From an uncultured Candidatus Saccharibacteria bacterium (GTDB taxonomy: Bacteria; Patescibacteriota; Minisyncoccia; Phycocordibacterales; UBA9973), in assembly GCA_964450735.1 (NCBI GenBank), contig CAYVDC010000003.1, positions 40,342-104,341 of the forward strand: a stretch of 64,000 nucleotides of DNA. The letters run 5' to 3'. Both the position numbers and the translations under genes were made by a program. Shown here piece by piece: positions 9,579-18,799 of the stretch (position 1 is its first letter; each line of letters begins with the position of its first letter). Under the pieces are notes generated by a model. The model did not search any database. It was not told the DNA's origin and worked only from the letters and a program-made list of their open reading frames with translations.

Positions 9579-11297
9579 ATGGAACAGCGAAACTGCGAAA
9601 ATTGCAAAATAGATTTTCAGATTACAGCCGAAGATATTTCTTTTTATTCCCAGATGAAAGTTCCTTTTCCGACCTGGTGTCGCGAATGCCGATTTATTCG
9701 CCGTCTCATGTGGCGCAACGAGCGCGCGTATTACAAGCGCCCCTGCGGGCTCTGTCAGAAGAATATTATTTCGCTGTATGCACCAGAAAATACGTTTCCT
9801 GTGTATTGTCACGAATGCTACAACAGCGACAATTGGGACCGATTCGAGCATGGGATGGAATACGATTTCTCTCAGCCGTTTTTCGCGCAGTACAAAGTAC
9901 TACTTTCAAAGGTACCTCGCGTTGCGATGTATCAATATGAATCAACAAAGAGCGAGTATGCTAACTTCATTGGTCATACCAACAACGCATACCTTTCGGT
10001 TTCAGTGGTAGATCATTCAGAGAATATCTACTATTCAAAAAATATTACTCATTCCACAAATCTCTATGATTGTCTGGACTCTTTGACCTGTGAAAATTGC
10101 TACGAGAACATTGGCTGCACCAGCAACTACGGCTGCGCTTTTGCGGTGAACTCAAAAAACTGCGTCAGCTCGCAGTATGTTTTTGACTGTCAAAATTGCT
10201 CAGACTGCTTCATGTCTTCTAACTTGCGCAATAAGCAATATTGCGTGCGAAATCAGCAGCTGACCAAAGAGGAATATGTTGAATTTCTAAAGACTGTATC
10301 TTCCGACGAGTCTTTGAAAAAGGAATTTGATGAACTTACTCGAAACTCTATTCATAGATACGCGAACAACATTAATGCTGTACATTCAAAAGGCGATAAT
10401 TTGAAAAATACCAAAGACTGCAACTATTGCTTTAGTATTTCAGATGGCGAAAATCTTACCTATTGCCACCGAACGCCAGGACTAAAAGACAGCATGGATG
10501 TGAACAACATGATGTGGTCTGCCCGAGGCTATGAGTATTCGAGCGGGGGAGCACAGGGAAGCAGCGATCTGCGGTTTTGTACTAACATGTTTAGAGGTAA
10601 TTTGGATAATGAGTATTCTGACCATTGCGGAACCACATCACATGCCTTCGGCTGCATTTCGGTCAAAAGTGCCGAATACTGTATTTTAAATAAACAGTAT
10701 TCTAAAGAACAATATGAGGAATTGGTTCCACAAATTCGCGAACATATGGACCAATCTAAATATGTTGATTCGAAAGGCCGAGCGTTTGGATACGGCGAGT
10801 TTTTTCCGCCAGAATTTTCCATGTTTGCATATAACGAAACAGCAGCTCAAGAATACTTTCCTAAATCAGAAAGTGAAGTAAGTGACTTTGGGGTCAATTG
10901 GAAAGATCGTGAAAAGACTGACTATGGAACATTGCTCACAGTAGAAGAGTTGAAGAAACTTGATCGTACCGATGCTGCTTCGGTAACAAGCAAAGCCGTT
11001 CAATGTAATGGCGATTCAACCACACTTTGCAGTGGCGCCTATCGTATCTTGCCGGAAGAATTGGAATTTTATAATCGATTCAACATACCGCTTCCAGAAG
11101 CATGTCCTAACTGTAGATATTTCAAGCGCTTGCAACGATTTTGCAATCCGCTGACACTTTGGAAAAAGTCATGTGCCTGTGATATGGAAAACCACGACCA
11201 TTCCGGTACATGCCCCAACGAATTCGAAACGACCTACGCGCCAGACCGGACAGAAAAAGTATACTGTGAATCGTGTTATCAAAAAGAAGTTCTCTAA
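9579..11297 (+). CDS. cysteine-rich zinc-ribbon paralog B (type I)
   Basis: Shows the same N-terminal and C-terminal CxxC...CxxCR modules and ends ETTYAPDRTEKVYCESCYQKEVL. It sits 7 nt downstream of paralog A. Confidence 0.8.
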   Translation: MEQRNCENCKIDFQITAEDISFYSQMKVPFPTWCRECRFIRRLMWRNERAYYKRPCGLCQKNIISLYAPENTFPVYCHECYNSDNWDRFEHGMEYDFSQPFFAQYKVLLSKVPRVAMYQYESTKSEYANFIGHTNNAYLSVSVVDHSENIYYSKNITHSTNLYDCLDSLTCENCYENIGCTSNYGCAFAVNSKNCVSSQYVFDCQNCSDCFMSSNLRNKQYCVRNQQLTKEEYVEFLKTVSSDESLKKEFDELTRNSIHRYANNINAVHSKGDNLKNTKDCNYCFSISDGENLTYCHRTPGLKDSMDVNNMMWSARGYEYSSGGAQGSSDLRFCTNMFRGNLDNEYSDHCGTTSHAFGCISVKSAEYCILNKQYSKEQYEELVPQIREHMDQSKYVDSKGRAFGYGEFFPPEFSMFAYNETAAQEYFPKSESEVSDFGVNWKDREKTDYGTLLTVEELKKLDRTDAASVTSKAVQCNGDSTTLCSGAYRILPEELEFYNRFNIPLPEACPNCRYFKRLQRFCNPLTLWKKSCACDMENHDHSGTCPNEFETTYAPDRTEKVYCESCYQKEVL

Positions 11298-11300
11298 AAT

Positions 11301-11327
11301 AAAAAAACTCCCATTGGGAGTTTTTTT
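11301..11327. terminator. bidirectional intrinsic terminator
   Basis: aaaaaaactcccattgggagttttttt is a palindromic hairpin with A/T runs on both sides. It lies between convergent paralog B and rpmA. Confidence 0.65.
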
Positions 11328-11328
11328 A

Positions 11329-11601
11329 TTAGATAACGTGTACTGCTTTCTTTACAGAAGTCGTACCGTCAAAGTTTCCTTTGCGCTTGTTGGTGAATTT
11401 CACAATTCCTGGCTTGAGTGCGAAGAGAGTGTGATCTTTTCCAATTGAGACGTTTTTACCTGCGAGGATTCGTGTTCCGCGCTGACGTACGAGAATCGAT
11501 CCTGCTTTTGCAGTTTCGCCAGCGTAGAGCTTGGTTCCAAGGTATTTTGGATTTGAATCCTTCAGGTTACTGGCGGTTCCGCCGGCTTTTCGATGTGCCA
11601 T
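11329..11601 (-). CDS. rpmA: 50S ribosomal protein L27
   Basis: [29 protein letters not shown]...[26 protein letters not shown] is L27. Confidence 0.9.
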   Translation of the reverse strand: MAHRKAGGTASNLKDSNPKYLGTKLYAGETAKAGSILVRQRGTRILAGKNVSIGKDHTLFALKPGIVKFTNKRKGNFDGTTSVKKAVHVI

Positions 11602-11606
11602 AGAAT

Positions 11607-11852
11607 ATGATTTATTTAATCTTTATAGTTGCTTTATCGAGCCCCTCGTATAATCGAGATGTCATGAATATACATGAAAACTGGGAAAAAATCAAGAGCG
11701 GGAGGGCAGGGGAGTACATTTTCATAATAACCCTTATTTTACTGGTCGGATTGGCTGCCTACCTATTGGGTAGGATTTCAGTCTTACCACAAAACAAAAA
11801 CATACCCTATGTCAATATCACCACGCCTGACGGCACTTTTCTTCATTGTTAG
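11607..11852 (+). CDS. small hypothetical membrane protein
   Basis: ORF with one or two hydrophobic helices. Confidence 0.3.
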   Translation: MIYLIFIVALSSPSYNRDVMNIHENWEKIKSGRAGEYIFIITLILLVGLAAYLLGRISVLPQNKNIPYVNITTPDGTFLHC

Positions 11853-11887
11853 CGCACAATTGTGTCACAAAATGATATACTTCTAAC

Positions 11888-12799
11888 ATGATACGAGCAA
11901 TTGGTAACCTATTTCTTATCGTTTTTCTTTTTGCTGTAATTTATGCAGCACGTGGAGTAGTTGCTCCAGTGGTACAAAAAGTTGGCACGTATGTAAGCAC
12001 AGCAGTTGTGACATTCCAAAATGAGTATGGACTCAAGAAAGCTTTGCCAGAACTCGACAAACAACCAGAGAAAGAAATAGCCACTCCGGGACCGCTTGAA
12101 GTAAAAACACCTCCAACTACAACCGAAACTCCAGCATCAGGCATTACTAAAGCAAGCATTATCTATTGGACCAATCAGGCACGCAAGGAAAACGGCAATC
12201 TGCCTCCACTGACAGAAAATAAAGTATTAAATGGAACTGCAACAGCAAAAACAAACGACCTCTTTGCAAAAAGTTATTTTGAACACACTTCACCGAGCGG
12301 AGTAACGGTTGCAACTCAGGCTCAGGGTGCAGGGTATGAGTACATTATGATCGGAGAGAACCTCGCCCTCGGAAACTTCGCTTCAGGTGAAGCCATTGTA
12401 GATGCTTGGATGAATAGTCCTGGCCACCGAGCAAATATCCTGAACGATCGGTACACTGAGATCGGTATTGGCGTGAGCCAAGGAACGTATCAGGGCCGTA
12501 CAGTTTGGATCGCAACGCAGCATTTTGGATTGCCAAAGAACGCTTGTCCAATAGTTGAAGAAAGCCTCAAAAATACCATTGCAGCCAATCAGTCCAAAAT
12601 CGATCAACTCAAGGTTCAAATCGAAGCAAAAAAGCGGGAAGTCGACAGCACCAGTCAGCTTTCATCTGAATACAATAATCGAGTAAACGAATATAACGCC
12701 TTGGTTCGAGAATTCAATGATTTGGTTGGAACCACCAAAACGGAGATATCGACATACAACAATCAGGTCCAGGCGTACAATGCATGCGTTCAGGGATAA
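11888..12799 (+). CDS. CAP/SCP (YkwD-like) domain protein with N-terminal TM helix and C-terminal coiled coil
   Basis: The GYEYIMIGENLALG...AWMNSPGHRANIL...YTEIGIGV motifs match CAP domains. Confidence 0.7.
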   Translation: MIRAIGNLFLIVFLFAVIYAARGVVAPVVQKVGTYVSTAVVTFQNEYGLKKALPELDKQPEKEIATPGPLEVKTPPTTTETPASGITKASIIYWTNQARKENGNLPPLTENKVLNGTATAKTNDLFAKSYFEHTSPSGVTVATQAQGAGYEYIMIGENLALGNFASGEAIVDAWMNSPGHRANILNDRYTEIGIGVSQGTYQGRTVWIATQHFGLPKNACPIVEESLKNTIAANQSKIDQLKVQIEAKKREVDSTSQLSSEYNNRVNEYNALVREFNDLVGTTKTEISTYNNQVQAYNACVQG

Positions 12800-12844
12800 G
12801 TAACACGATACAAATACTCAGTTGTATCTATACTAGAAGATTGG

Positions 12845-12870
12845 AAACCAGCTTAATAGGCTGGTTTTTC
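12845..12870 (+). terminator. rho-independent terminator
   Basis: aaccagc-ttaatag-gctggtt followed by ttttc. Confidence 0.6.
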
Positions 12871-13206
12871 TATTGGGGAATTGAGTATAGTAATGTCGCA
12901 CAATATATCTTTTACGACACTATATACTGCAAAATACCTTTATAAATAAGGATTTCTGAATTTGGCTCGTTTTGCATTCTGAGGTTTTGAGTCCCTGCTG
13001 CCCTGTTTTGTATTGTTTTGTTTGTGCATGCTCTTCGACATACAGATAACGTTTCTATCCCTCACTCGACCATCAATATTTTTTTATTTTGCATCCCCTG
13101 TTTGATTACAAATAAGAACACATGTAGTAATAGTGTCAAGTATACGTACAGAGAAAATTAGGTACAGAAAAAGCCGTGGTTGTGCACGGCTTTGATCTGT
13201 CTGGCA

Positions 13207-13377
13207 TTATTTCATCCAGTAACGCACTCCTTTGTGCCACGAACAGGTTCCTTGACGGTGTTTGCTGTAGCTATATGTGCCGTCTTTGCAGACAGCGGTA
13301 GGCCGTGCGGCGTGAGCCAGCGGGCTTACCATCATAAAGCTTCCAAGTATCAAGGTTGAAATAAGTAGCTTTTTCAT
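13207..13377 (-). CDS. small secreted protein, DUF3761-like (56 aa; below the ORF-track length cut-off)
   Basis: Hand translation of the - strand gives MKKLLISTLILGSFMMVSPLAHAARPTAVCKDGTYSYSKHRQGTCSWHKGVRYWMK. It has a signal peptide plus a C.DG.YS.S.HRQGTCS.H.GV..W motif and a downstream hairpin terminator (13175-13200). Confidence 0.5.
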   Translation of the reverse strand: MKKLLISTLILGSFMMVSPLAHAARPTAVCKDGTYSYSKHRQGTCSWHKGVRYWMK

Positions 13378-13520
13378 ATAAATGATTATTATGGTTGTTC
13401 CTGATAATGGCTTTTGAACGTTCTCTTCAAGAAAAATGTAGCAAATAGTATTTAACAGATTTCTAAACTCGATTTTATATCTTTTTCAGGAAAATTTCAT
13501 CTGCATGGTACTATATCCAT

Positions 13521-14444
13521 ATGGAACATTTTCTCACTAATCGGCCGTGGCTTGCCACTGTGCTCAATATTATAGGATTTGTGGTGTTAGTGGGCTTAGT
13601 ATGCGCGCTGTATTTCACTGGAAAACATACTAATACATTGCTCCAGTCAAAAATCGATGCAATCGATACCAGGCTTGCTGATGTTCAGACTCAATCGCAG
13701 TCACGCATGGATGAATTGGCAAAGATCATTATAGACCTTCAGGCGCAGAATAAATATCTCGCAGATACATTACTCACTGAACAGCAAAAAAGCGGTTCTG
13801 TGGCGCAGCAGATTGGTAATATCACCAGTTCAGTTTCTGTATTAACAAGACTCGCTCAGACAGACCCAGAATTGCTCAAGAAATATTCAAAGGTGTATTT
13901 TTTGAATGAACACTATGTTCCGCTGTCGCTTTCGATGATCGATCCTGCATATGTTATTTCGCCTGGTAAAATTTTCCAGATCCATGCAAGCGTGTATCCA
14001 AAGCTAAAAGCCATGCTTGATGCAGCAACGTTAGATCAAGTATCGCTCAAAGTAGATTCCGCATATCGATCATTTGGCACGCAGGCAGTATTGAAATCAA
14101 CCTACAAAGTGTTGTATGGCGCTGGTACTGCCAATCAATTTTCTGCAGAGCAAGGATACTCTGAACACCAGCTTGGTACTACGCTTGATTTTACTTCTGT
14201 TGAAAATGGTGGAGGCTTGGCTGGTTTCGATCAAACAAAAGCATTTGCATGGCTCAATGCAAATGCATACAAGTTTGGCTTTATTCTTTCGTATCCAAAA
14301 AATAATACGTACTACCAATACGAGCCATGGCACTGGCGTTTTGTCGGTACGGCGCTTGCTGCAAAACTACATCAAGAAAATATAAATTTCTATGACGCCG
14401 ATCAGCGAATCATAGATGGCTATTTAGTTGATATCTTTAACTAA
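13521..14444 (+). CDS. M15-family (VanY-like) D-Ala-D-Ala carboxypeptidase-like protein, membrane-anchored with coiled coil
   Basis: The C-terminal domain carries SAYRSFGTQ...YSEHQLGTTLDF...YEPWHWRF, typical of M15B peptidases. Confidence 0.6.
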   Translation: MEHFLTNRPWLATVLNIIGFVVLVGLVCALYFTGKHTNTLLQSKIDAIDTRLADVQTQSQSRMDELAKIIIDLQAQNKYLADTLLTEQQKSGSVAQQIGNITSSVSVLTRLAQTDPELLKKYSKVYFLNEHYVPLSLSMIDPAYVISPGKIFQIHASVYPKLKAMLDAATLDQVSLKVDSAYRSFGTQAVLKSTYKVLYGAGTANQFSAEQGYSEHQLGTTLDFTSVENGGGLAGFDQTKAFAWLNANAYKFGFILSYPKNNTYYQYEPWHWRFVGTALAAKLHQENINFYDADQRIIDGYLVDIFN

Positions 14445-15131
14445 TCAGATCTTAATACTTTGTTCATTGGTGCGCAGCCAGTTTCTAGCTTCGGCGTACT
14501 TGGGATACATGTTGCTCACTTCATCCCAAAATCGCTTTGAATGGTTGTGGTGGCGCAAATGAGCCAATTCATGGCAAATAACGTAGTCAATGATCGATTC
14601 TGGAGTCAGTATAAGCCTCCAGGTGAAGTTTACATTGCCTTTTGCGCTGCATGATCCCCAGCGGCGAAGCGCGCTCGATATCTTGATAGAGCGGTACTCG
14701 AAGCCGTATTTGTGCGCAAGTAAAGCTGTGCGCACGTTTAAATATTCCTTGGCGCGTTCTTTGTACCAATTGGTAAACGAGAGTTCTGCCTTGGGCAGAT
14801 TCGCTGAGTGTAAATAAAAAGTATCAGCTCGCAAGCTTACGCCTTTTGGCACATCATTGCTTACTTGCAATGGAATTTGTTTTCCTAAATATAAAAAAAG
14901 CTCGCCAGAAACAAATTCTTTTTTCTTTGCTCGTGGCCTGCTAGATACTTTTGCAGTAGTCGCCTGTATCCAATCTATTTTGTCATTGATAAATTGCTCA
15001 ATGAATGACAAAGGAGCACGCAGTGGAGCGCGAACTATAAGAGTTGCATCAGAAGAAACGGACAAAGAAAGTGTCCGCCGTTTTGCCCGTATTAATGTGT
15101 ATGGAGGTAATGGCACTTCGCAATTATACAA
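14445..15131 (-). CDS. YgjP-like metal-dependent hydrolase (DUF45/M48-like, HExxH)
   Basis: WRLILTPESIIDYVICHELAHLRHHNHSKRFW is the DUF45 signature. Confidence 0.7.
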   Translation of the reverse strand: MYNCEVPLPPYTLIRAKRRTLSLSVSSDATLIVRAPLRAPLSFIEQFINDKIDWIQATTAKVSSRPRAKKKEFVSGELFLYLGKQIPLQVSNDVPKGVSLRADTFYLHSANLPKAELSFTNWYKERAKEYLNVRTALLAHKYGFEYRSIKISSALRRWGSCSAKGNVNFTWRLILTPESIIDYVICHELAHLRHHNHSKRFWDEVSNMYPKYAEARNWLRTNEQSIKI

Positions 15132-15136
15132 AAAAC

Positions 15137-15703
15137 TTAGTATTTGCGAATCACGCCTTTGACGATGGCCTCAATCTCAAGCCCAGTAGTTGGATAAATG
15201 GGCTTGAAGTTTTTGTTTGCTGGTTCAAGCCATACCTTGTCCCCTTTTTGTCTAAAATATTTCATAGTGAATTCGCCGTCTACTTGGGCAATAACGATAT
15301 CGCCATCGCGGGCAGTTTTGGTGCGTTCAGCGATAACCATATCGCCATCGGCAATATGTGCATCGATCATTGAATCGCCATCAACTTCGAGGATGTATGT
15401 GGACTCTTTTTTTTGTATCAAAAAATCATCGATATTGATGCGAGTCTCTAAAATGTCTTCTGTTGGAGATGGAAAACCTGCTTTGACCAAACCAAGCATC
15501 GGTGTGTCGTTAAGAGCAGATTCAGGAACAAGCCTGCCCAAGTGATCCTTGGCAACCAGGCCTGCTTCTATGAACTTGTTCACTACCTGATAGACGGCGT
15601 TTTTGGATTTGAATCCGAAGAGCTTCATCATTTCTGTATATGTCGGCATTCTTTTTTCATTTCGGTAGAACGCTATCAGTTTGCTTTTGTAGTCGTTAAG
15701 CAT
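15137..15703 (-). CDS. lexA: LexA repressor
   Basis: N-terminal HTH, GFPSP cleavage-site region, and S24 peptidase motifs (GDSMID...GDIVIAQV). Confidence 0.85.
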   Translation of the reverse strand: MLNDYKSKLIAFYRNEKRMPTYTEMMKLFGFKSKNAVYQVVNKFIEAGLVAKDHLGRLVPESALNDTPMLGLVKAGFPSPTEDILETRINIDDFLIQKKESTYILEVDGDSMIDAHIADGDMVIAERTKTARDGDIVIAQVDGEFTMKYFRQKGDKVWLEPANKNFKPIYPTTGLEIEAIVKGVIRKY

Positions 15704-15902
15704 GGCGGAACATAGATGTTAGTGATCCAAAAAGTCGATCAGTGAATGTTTTCTTGGCATGCTTTCTCATGCGGTTTAGGAGCATGCGGTGTTTGTGAGC
15801 CTGGCTGGCGTACATCTCACCCTTGATGATTTTGATATCGATTTCTTCGTTGACCTTTTGAAGTTCCTGACGAAGTATTTTTATGTATTGTTCGTGTGAC
15901 AT
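15696..15902 (-). CDS. small hypothetical protein encoded immediately upstream of lexA and overlapping it (probably SOS-controlled)
   Basis: A 68-aa ORF beginning MSHEQYIKILRQEL, starting 46 nt downstream of the LexA box/promoter and overlapping the lexA start by 8 nt. Confidence 0.35.
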   Translation of the reverse strand: MSHEQYIKILRQELQKVNEEIDIKIIKGEMYASQAHKHRMLLNRMRKHAKKTFTDRLFGSLTSMFRHA

Positions 15903-15947
15903 ATGTTTTGTTGAATACTTGTTATTGTTTTGACCTGTTACAAGTAT

Positions 15948-15967
15948 ATGTGAACGATCGTTCACAT
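15948..15967 (-). promoter_or_regulatory. LexA (SOS) box inside the promoter spacer of the lexA operon
   Basis: Perfect 20-bp palindrome ATGTGAACGATCGTTCACAT containing GAAC-N4-GTTC. On the - strand it sits between TTGCAT (-35) and TATACT (-10), with a 17-nt spacer. Confidence 0.65.
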
Positions 15968-16017
15968 GCAAGAAAAAAAGAAAAGAAAGTTGTGGATAAC
16001 TCAGCATAATAAAAATG

Positions 16018-16278
16018 TTACTGGATTTCCTCTAGAATTTTTTTGCTTTTTATCAACTCGTCGAACAATGCGCGGAGTTTCGTTTCGTTTGGGGCGTCGG
16101 CAGATTGCATTTCAGAAGTAAGCTTGTATAGAAAATGATGGTAGAGATCGTTAACGTATTGTTCGAGTTTGATCGCTTCTTCGTTAGTGGTTCCTCGAAG
16201 ACGCTTAGCAAAAAGGTTTGGCTTATCTCGCAGCAAAAGAGCGTATGGAGATAATACGTACGTTTTGTTTGTTTGCAT
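16018..16278 (-). CDS. hypothetical protein
   Basis: ORF between radC and the lexA operon. No motif recognised. Confidence 0.3.
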   Translation of the reverse strand: MQTNKTYVLSPYALLLRDKPNLFAKRLRGTTNEEAIKLEQYVNDLYHHFLYKLTSEMQSADAPNETKLRALFDELIKSKKILEEIQ

Positions 16279-16298
16279 AAATAAGTACTCAGATGAGA

Positions 16299-17105
16299 TT
16301 AGTAATCGTAGGGCAGTTCGATGCTTGCAAACTTGCCTTTGCCGATGATGACATGGTCTAGAACGGTAATCCCCATAATCTTGCCAGCTTCAATTATCTG
16401 ACGGGTGACTTCCCTGTCTGCTTCTGATGGCTTGATAATGCCGGATGGGTGGTTGTGCGCGAGGATGATGGCGACCGCGCCGTACTCAAATGCAGGCTTG
16501 AATACTTCACGTGGGTGAATAAGGTTGGAGTCTACTGTCCCGATAGAAATAACCTCATCATGGATAACGCGGTAGTGGCTATTGAGATATAGTCCTCGCA
16601 AATGTTCTTTGTCGAGGTTCTGCATATCGGATAGGTATTCAAAAGCATCTTTGGCTGTGCGAACCATAGTGTTGCTGCCCTTTTTCTGGTAGAACCTGCG
16701 GCCAAGTTCTCCGATGGCAACAACTTGTGCAGCGCGTATAATCGGAATATCAAGATCAGCAGCTACCTTTGAGGCGTCTCTATGGTTGATCAAAGCTTTT
16801 TCGCCGTATTCCTTGAGGATGCGTTCAGACATCTGCAAGACGCCTTCTTTTTTGGTGCCGCTGTTAAGTATGACGGCTAGAAGTTCTGCTGTTGAAAGAG
16901 ATGTGGGTCCGGTTGTTAATAATTTTTCTCGAGGTTTGTCGTTATCAGGAAGATCGCGAATCTTGAGATTGTATTTTTTGATCTCAGTAGGAAATGACGA
17001 TGAGAACAAATCGTCATGATTCATGATTGATGCAGTGTCTTTGATCATATATGGTGTACGAACTTTTTGTGTTGTTGGCATATAAGTTTGATTTATGAGT
17101 AACAC
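16299..17105 (-). CDS. radC: RadC-like JAB-domain protein
   Basis: C-terminal HNHPSG JAMM motif and HhH-like N-terminus. Confidence 0.8.
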   Translation of the reverse strand: MLLINQTYMPTTQKVRTPYMIKDTASIMNHDDLFSSSFPTEIKKYNLKIRDLPDNDKPREKLLTTGPTSLSTAELLAVILNSGTKKEGVLQMSERILKEYGEKALINHRDASKVAADLDIPIIRAAQVVAIGELGRRFYQKKGSNTMVRTAKDAFEYLSDMQNLDKEHLRGLYLNSHYRVIHDEVISIGTVDSNLIHPREVFKPAFEYGAVAIILAHNHPSGIIKPSEADREVTRQIIEAGKIMGITVLDHVIIGKGKFASIELPYDY

Positions 17106-17157
17106 TGTAATTGTAGCGTAAAAAAGATGAAGAAAAGATAAAAAAAGAATAAAATAT

Positions 17158-17463
17158 TTATGATTGAGTAGGTTCAGGTGCTTCGATTGTTGGCATTGGA
17201 GGTAGGGACGTTTCGTTGACGCTTTTCATGAATTCATCCCATAATCCACCTACAATAATCTTGTTCCACGCATCAGTAAGCGGCTTTTCGAGATATGTTT
17301 TCCAAAATGTTGTTCCCTCTTTGCTTGCGTACTCAATGCCCTGCTTCGTCTCAGGTTTCTGGAGTTCTTTTTCCAGATCGATATTGAAATAGCTCAAGCT
17401 AATAATGGCAAGAATAATGATAACGAGAATTCCGACAAGGCCTTTATTTTGCATTTGTCTCAT
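17158..17463 (-). CDS. hypothetical membrane protein
   Basis: N-terminal TM helix. It overlaps the upstream gene by 4 nt. Confidence 0.35.
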   Translation of the reverse strand: MRQMQNKGLVGILVIIILAIISLSYFNIDLEKELQKPETKQGIEYASKEGTTFWKTYLEKPLTDAWNKIIVGGLWDEFMKSVNETSLPPMPTIEAPEPTQS

Positions 17464-18773
17464 GATGCATATTGTAACATAGCTTTTGTTGGAGCAGGAA
17501 AATAAAGCATGGGGTCAAGGTACGCATTTGTAGCGGCGATTGGCATGGTGTATGTTTTGCCGGTGCATGCCTGGCTTTTGAGCGTGGTTATCTTCACGCC
17601 AGTAGAAACAAAGGCTGATACATGCAAATGCGGGCCCGTTGCGTAACCAGTAGCGCCACTATACGCAATAGTAGATGCCGGCGTTACTCGTGAACCTGTT
17701 TGTGCGGTAACCAGTGAAAGATGTCCATATACAGTCGATAGTCCATTGTCGTGTTTTACTAGCACCCAGTTTCCGTATGATGCTCCTGGACAGGTAAGAT
17801 CTGTATTACCGCTACCTACAATTGTTCCAGCCATTACCGGGTGTACTGGAGTTCCTGTTGGCATGCCAAAGTCGATGCCATTATGGGTTCCTGAAGCGTA
17901 TAAACGGCCCGAGGCGCTTGTTTTTCCAAATAGTTGAGTAATGCGAACCAATTCAACTGGCCAGCCAAAAACAGAGCTTCCAGCCTTTGGGATGGCGCTT
18001 GGATCAAGTACGAATTTGAGCTGAGATTCGTAGTTTCGTACGTCCGCTTCGAATGCTTGCTTTTTGGCTTGGCGATCTTTGAGAAGGGCTGCGTAGTTGG
18101 CTTCTTTGTTCTTGGTTTCTTTGAGAAGGCTGGCTTTGTCTCGTGCGTTAGCATCAACTACTTTTTTTTGATTGTTCAGTCCTGCTGAAAGGTCGCGGAG
18201 GGTCTTCTCATTTTCTTCGACGGCTTTTTTGTGGTCTTCGAGAATGATCTTGTCGCTGTGCAATTTTTCTGCAGCATGAGCGAATGTATCGTTGAGCGTT
18301 TGGATTGCATCCATCTCTCGCCAGACTTCACCAAGTGATGTCCCTGGTTGTGCTAGGTACGCAACGAGGTCGGTATTATCTGACTCTTGGGTCTTGCGCA
18401 AAAGTGCGGCGATGGCGTTTTTTTGAAGACTGATTCCTTGGGAAGTCACTGTGATTGAGTCAGAAAGTTTTTTCTTTTCTAGCAGTGCGGCATCGATCTT
18501 TTTCTGAGTGATTTTGATATCGGTGGCCAGTTTTTTTGCATTAAGATCGAGTTCTGAAATTGCTTTGGAAAGTGAGTCTTTTTCTTGGCCGACCGAAGTA
18601 AGCTGTTTTTGGTAGCTGGCGATCTCGGCTTCAAGTGCAGCGATTTGGCTCTGCGTGGTATTGATCTTAGATTGAAGTTCGTCCGCAGTTTGCGCATAGG
18701 CATTAGCAAAAAATACTCCTGATATAATCAGTGTTGCAACGAGAAGTATTTTTGCAAGAAATCTGTGTGACAC
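17460..18773 (-). CDS. M23 (LytM) peptidase with long coiled-coil (EnvC-like murein hydrolase activator)
   Basis: N-terminal signal/TM, extended coiled coil, and C-terminal GTHNGIDFG...HLHVS M23 motifs. Confidence 0.75.
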   Translation of the reverse strand: MSHRFLAKILLVATLIISGVFFANAYAQTADELQSKINTTQSQIAALEAEIASYQKQLTSVGQEKDSLSKAISELDLNAKKLATDIKITQKKIDAALLEKKKLSDSITVTSQGISLQKNAIAALLRKTQESDNTDLVAYLAQPGTSLGEVWREMDAIQTLNDTFAHAAEKLHSDKIILEDHKKAVEENEKTLRDLSAGLNNQKKVVDANARDKASLLKETKNKEANYAALLKDRQAKKQAFEADVRNYESQLKFVLDPSAIPKAGSSVFGWPVELVRITQLFGKTSASGRLYASGTHNGIDFGMPTGTPVHPVMAGTIVGSGNTDLTCPGASYGNWVLVKHDNGLSTVYGHLSLVTAQTGSRVTPASTIAYSGATGYATGPHLHVSAFVSTGVKITTLKSQACTGKTYTMPIAATNAYLDPMLYFPAPTKAMLQYAS

Positions 18774-18799
18774 GGATCTATTGTACCATGTCGTATTGC

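Noticed and set aside
8962-10822. Antisense ORFs 8962-9156 and 10529-10822, which resemble each other (...GKNSPY...)
   Set aside because: Their similarity is a by-product of being antisense to the conserved GEFFP...SPF.YNET block of paralogs A and B, so they are not independent genes.
12871-13200. Intergenic regions 12871-13200, 27917-28305, 33385-33581, 50402-50548 and 55611-55773 scanned for tRNA, tmRNA, RNase P or SRP RNA
   Set aside because: No GTTCGAATC-type T-arm, CCA-ended cloverleaf, or conserved RNase P/SRP motifs were seen. I could not run tRNAscan or Infernal, so small ncRNAs cannot be excluded.
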